This document shows, in pieces, positions 61,640 to 64,000 of a DNA stretch of 64,000 bases. Made by a program: the position numbers and the translations under genes. Source of the DNA: a bacterium (GTDB taxonomy: Bacteria > UBA8248); assembly GCA_965213685.1 (NCBI GenBank), contig CBDBZY010000018.1, forward strand, positions 384,001 through 448,000, read 5' to 3'. The notes under the pieces were generated by a model that saw only the letters and a program-made list of their open reading frames with translations, made no database searches and had not been told where the DNA came from. How positions within the stretch are numbered: the stretch's first letter is position 1; each line of letters begins with the position of its first letter.

Positions 61640-63089
61640 ACCGGAACGGAAAATTGCTTCGTGCATCCATCTAGTGAGGCGCGAGTGGCTAGCTACCATC
61701 ATGGCAGGATATCAATGCAGACAGTTATCAACATACTGGGGTTTGTTTGACTACTGACTGTAGGTCATCTGCCAATATGTCTGTGAAGGGTTCTTAAGAA
61801 GAAAGACTGTCTCGTATGCTAATTCTTATTGTGTGTAATGGAGTGCTGCATGGCTGTACGAAGACCTGAGTTCCAGAGCCCTGGGTGAGCACTGTGGTTG
61901 AGAGCTGTGCCAAAAGACAACTTCAAAAAGGTCAACACATCATACCTGGGAGTTATGTCTATGGTGTACCAGAGCTATACCAAGGCGTCTCCTAGAACCG
62001 AACGATGTTTGGAGTTCGGCATTAACAGATCTCTCAACTCACACGGTTTGACCGTGTGACACAAGGAATTCAATATGTTCTCACGGTCTCACGGCAAGCT
62101 CCTGTTTTCACACGGAAAGTCTGATTTTCAGTTGTGTCAGGCGCAAGCGCTCAGGCCATATTATGGATATGGCTTGCGTATACCTACGCTAGATGCTAGG
62201 CCTATCTTAGCCTCGTTGTCAGGCCGAAAGACTGACCGAAAGACGTATATTTAACGTAGGAACGAGACTGTGCTTAGTAACGTAGCCTCGCAGAGCCACG
62301 CCTTCCGAAGAAGGTGAGGTTCCGAGACACGTCCGGGACTCCGGGAGAACTGTCCGCGCATAGGTAGCGTCATGGCCTGGGTATACAGCCAACCGCGTCG
62401 GTGCGCATACGAGGCCACACGAAGCTAAGGTAGTCTAGTAGACAGTAAAAATTCTCAGACTGACGCTCGCGCTACCGTACACCATGTAGGACGTCATCGC
62501 GCCTATGACGTAATACAACATCGAAGCGCTTTTACATGGTGGCCGTTTGTCTCAGGTTGAGGGGTTTGCATTAATCATGTGTGCTCTGGTAATGGCAAGA
62601 ATGTCGCTTCATGACTTGGGCATGACAGTAGAGCCACCAGTCCTGTCTTGTGACCTCCCTGAGCTGCTGAGTGCTGTGATTTGATTCTATGGATGTTGAC
62701 ATAGCTCTATAAATCCAGAAAAGAGGATTTGCTTGCAGTTGCTGTCATCTATGGCAGGGAACTGACACAGGAGGAATAAATGGTCACAACTTATTGTTTG
62801 TATGCATAAAACAAACAAAGTGTACAAATGTTGCCACTGATTTCAAAAGTTGCATTTTGGTCCCTGAATTGAACATACTCTAGTGTAACTAGTAAGCTCT
62901 TAGTGATGGTTTTAAGAAGTGAGGTAGCTAGCAATAGTCTCCTAACAGGCAGTGCTCTCAATTACTCCTACTGCACCGGGTTACAGGAACTCCAGTCTGG
63001 AAGAGAACTGTGCATCTGTTAAAATTTGGTAGCTCACAGCTCGTCACAGCTCACTCCAAGACAGCTACTTCTTAAGCACCAATACTGAC

Positions 63090-63360
63090 CCTTCAAGGAT
63101 ATATTGGCAGATGTACAGTCAGTGGTTGAACAAATGTTGTATGTTCACTATTTTCTGCCTTGATGTCCTGTGTTCTTTTTTGTCATGATGGCAGCCGTCA
63201 TGGTATAGCCGCCATTCTCACGATCCCTATAGCTATACTCACTTGAGTTCCCCTGTCTGGTTCCTTGATGAGCGATTACTGAAGGTAAGGGATAAAACGA
63301 CTTGTTTCTATCCGCTCGATTTCAGCAGCCAATTTTAGCACAAAATTTAACGTTCACCAT
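63090..63360 (-). pseudogene. THAP-domain relic (transposon-associated)
   Basis: MVNVKFCAKIGC*NRADRNKSFYPLPSVIAHQG; stop and frameshifts. Confidence 0.55.
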
Positions 63361-64000
63361 TTAACACGCAATGTCTACTACGTTGTACTCCAACATGGCC
63401 GCCATGGGATTAAGCCCTGCCTACTGCCAAAGGTCTGTTTTACGCATGCCTAGTCTGACATTGGCACAGTCCGGCGATCCGGCAGGTGGTGCGACAGGGC
63501 CGTCATGAAACTTCACCATTCTTTAGAGCTTGAATATGACTACAGCATACAAGGAAATTGTGTGTAGTCCAGATGCAGTATTTGAGATATGCACGATGAT
63601 ATGTAGATGTGTCAATGATCAGCACAGAATCTCTCAGTGCTATTCCATATAGCTCTGGCAGTGAATACCCGCCTCTTGCCATAAGGAAATGGCTATGAGG
63701 AGGGTTAACCTTTAGATGAAATGGTGACAAATGTGCTAAACAGTTAAATGTGTTGCACTGAAGGCAGTAGACGAATAATAAGGCGAGTACACACACAATG
63801 TGGAATTCAATTAGAAAAGACCACTTCTCTACATTTCTATGGCTACGTACTTTCTTTGTAGTCTTTATACAACGTCTCTTCAAAGCCTGCACATGGTCAT
63901 CCCTGCACATATAGTTTTTCTTTGATATTTTAGCACTGCCATCCCTACACTAATTATACATAATGATTGTGAAAAATCTATGTGGAGGTGTTATGACAAA

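Overview
Eukaryotic (animal) genomic DNA. Short GT-AG introns, abundant CA/GA/TTA microsatellites, TAG-terminated MITEs and a ROCO/ZU5/Death gene suggest a demosponge (inference). Most ORFs in the track are microsatellite artefacts; real genes are spliced and were reconstructed by eye. Main contents: (1) 1.6-9.4 kb, a decayed Mutator-like element (Ulp1-like exons, S/P-rich minisatellite, C2H2, MULE domain) broken by a foldback element and a 5'-inverted Penelope fragment. (2) 12.5-35.9 kb, minus strand, a predicted Kelch - ROC-COR - ZU5-UPA - Death gene whose domain modules join at phase-1 introns filled with TE debris and a ~3 kb duplication. (3) 39379-52364, an IS3EU-type DNA transposon (124-bp TIRs, 6-bp TSD) carrying an apparently intact Ig + non-RD RIPK-like kinase gene. 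An EnSpm/CACTA element (44673-51380) sits in one of its transposase introns and contains a complete type I hammerhead ribozyme antisense to, and just downstream of, its own transposase. (4) 52.4-64 kb, mostly TE relics. Domain calls are motif recognition by eye; no searches were run.
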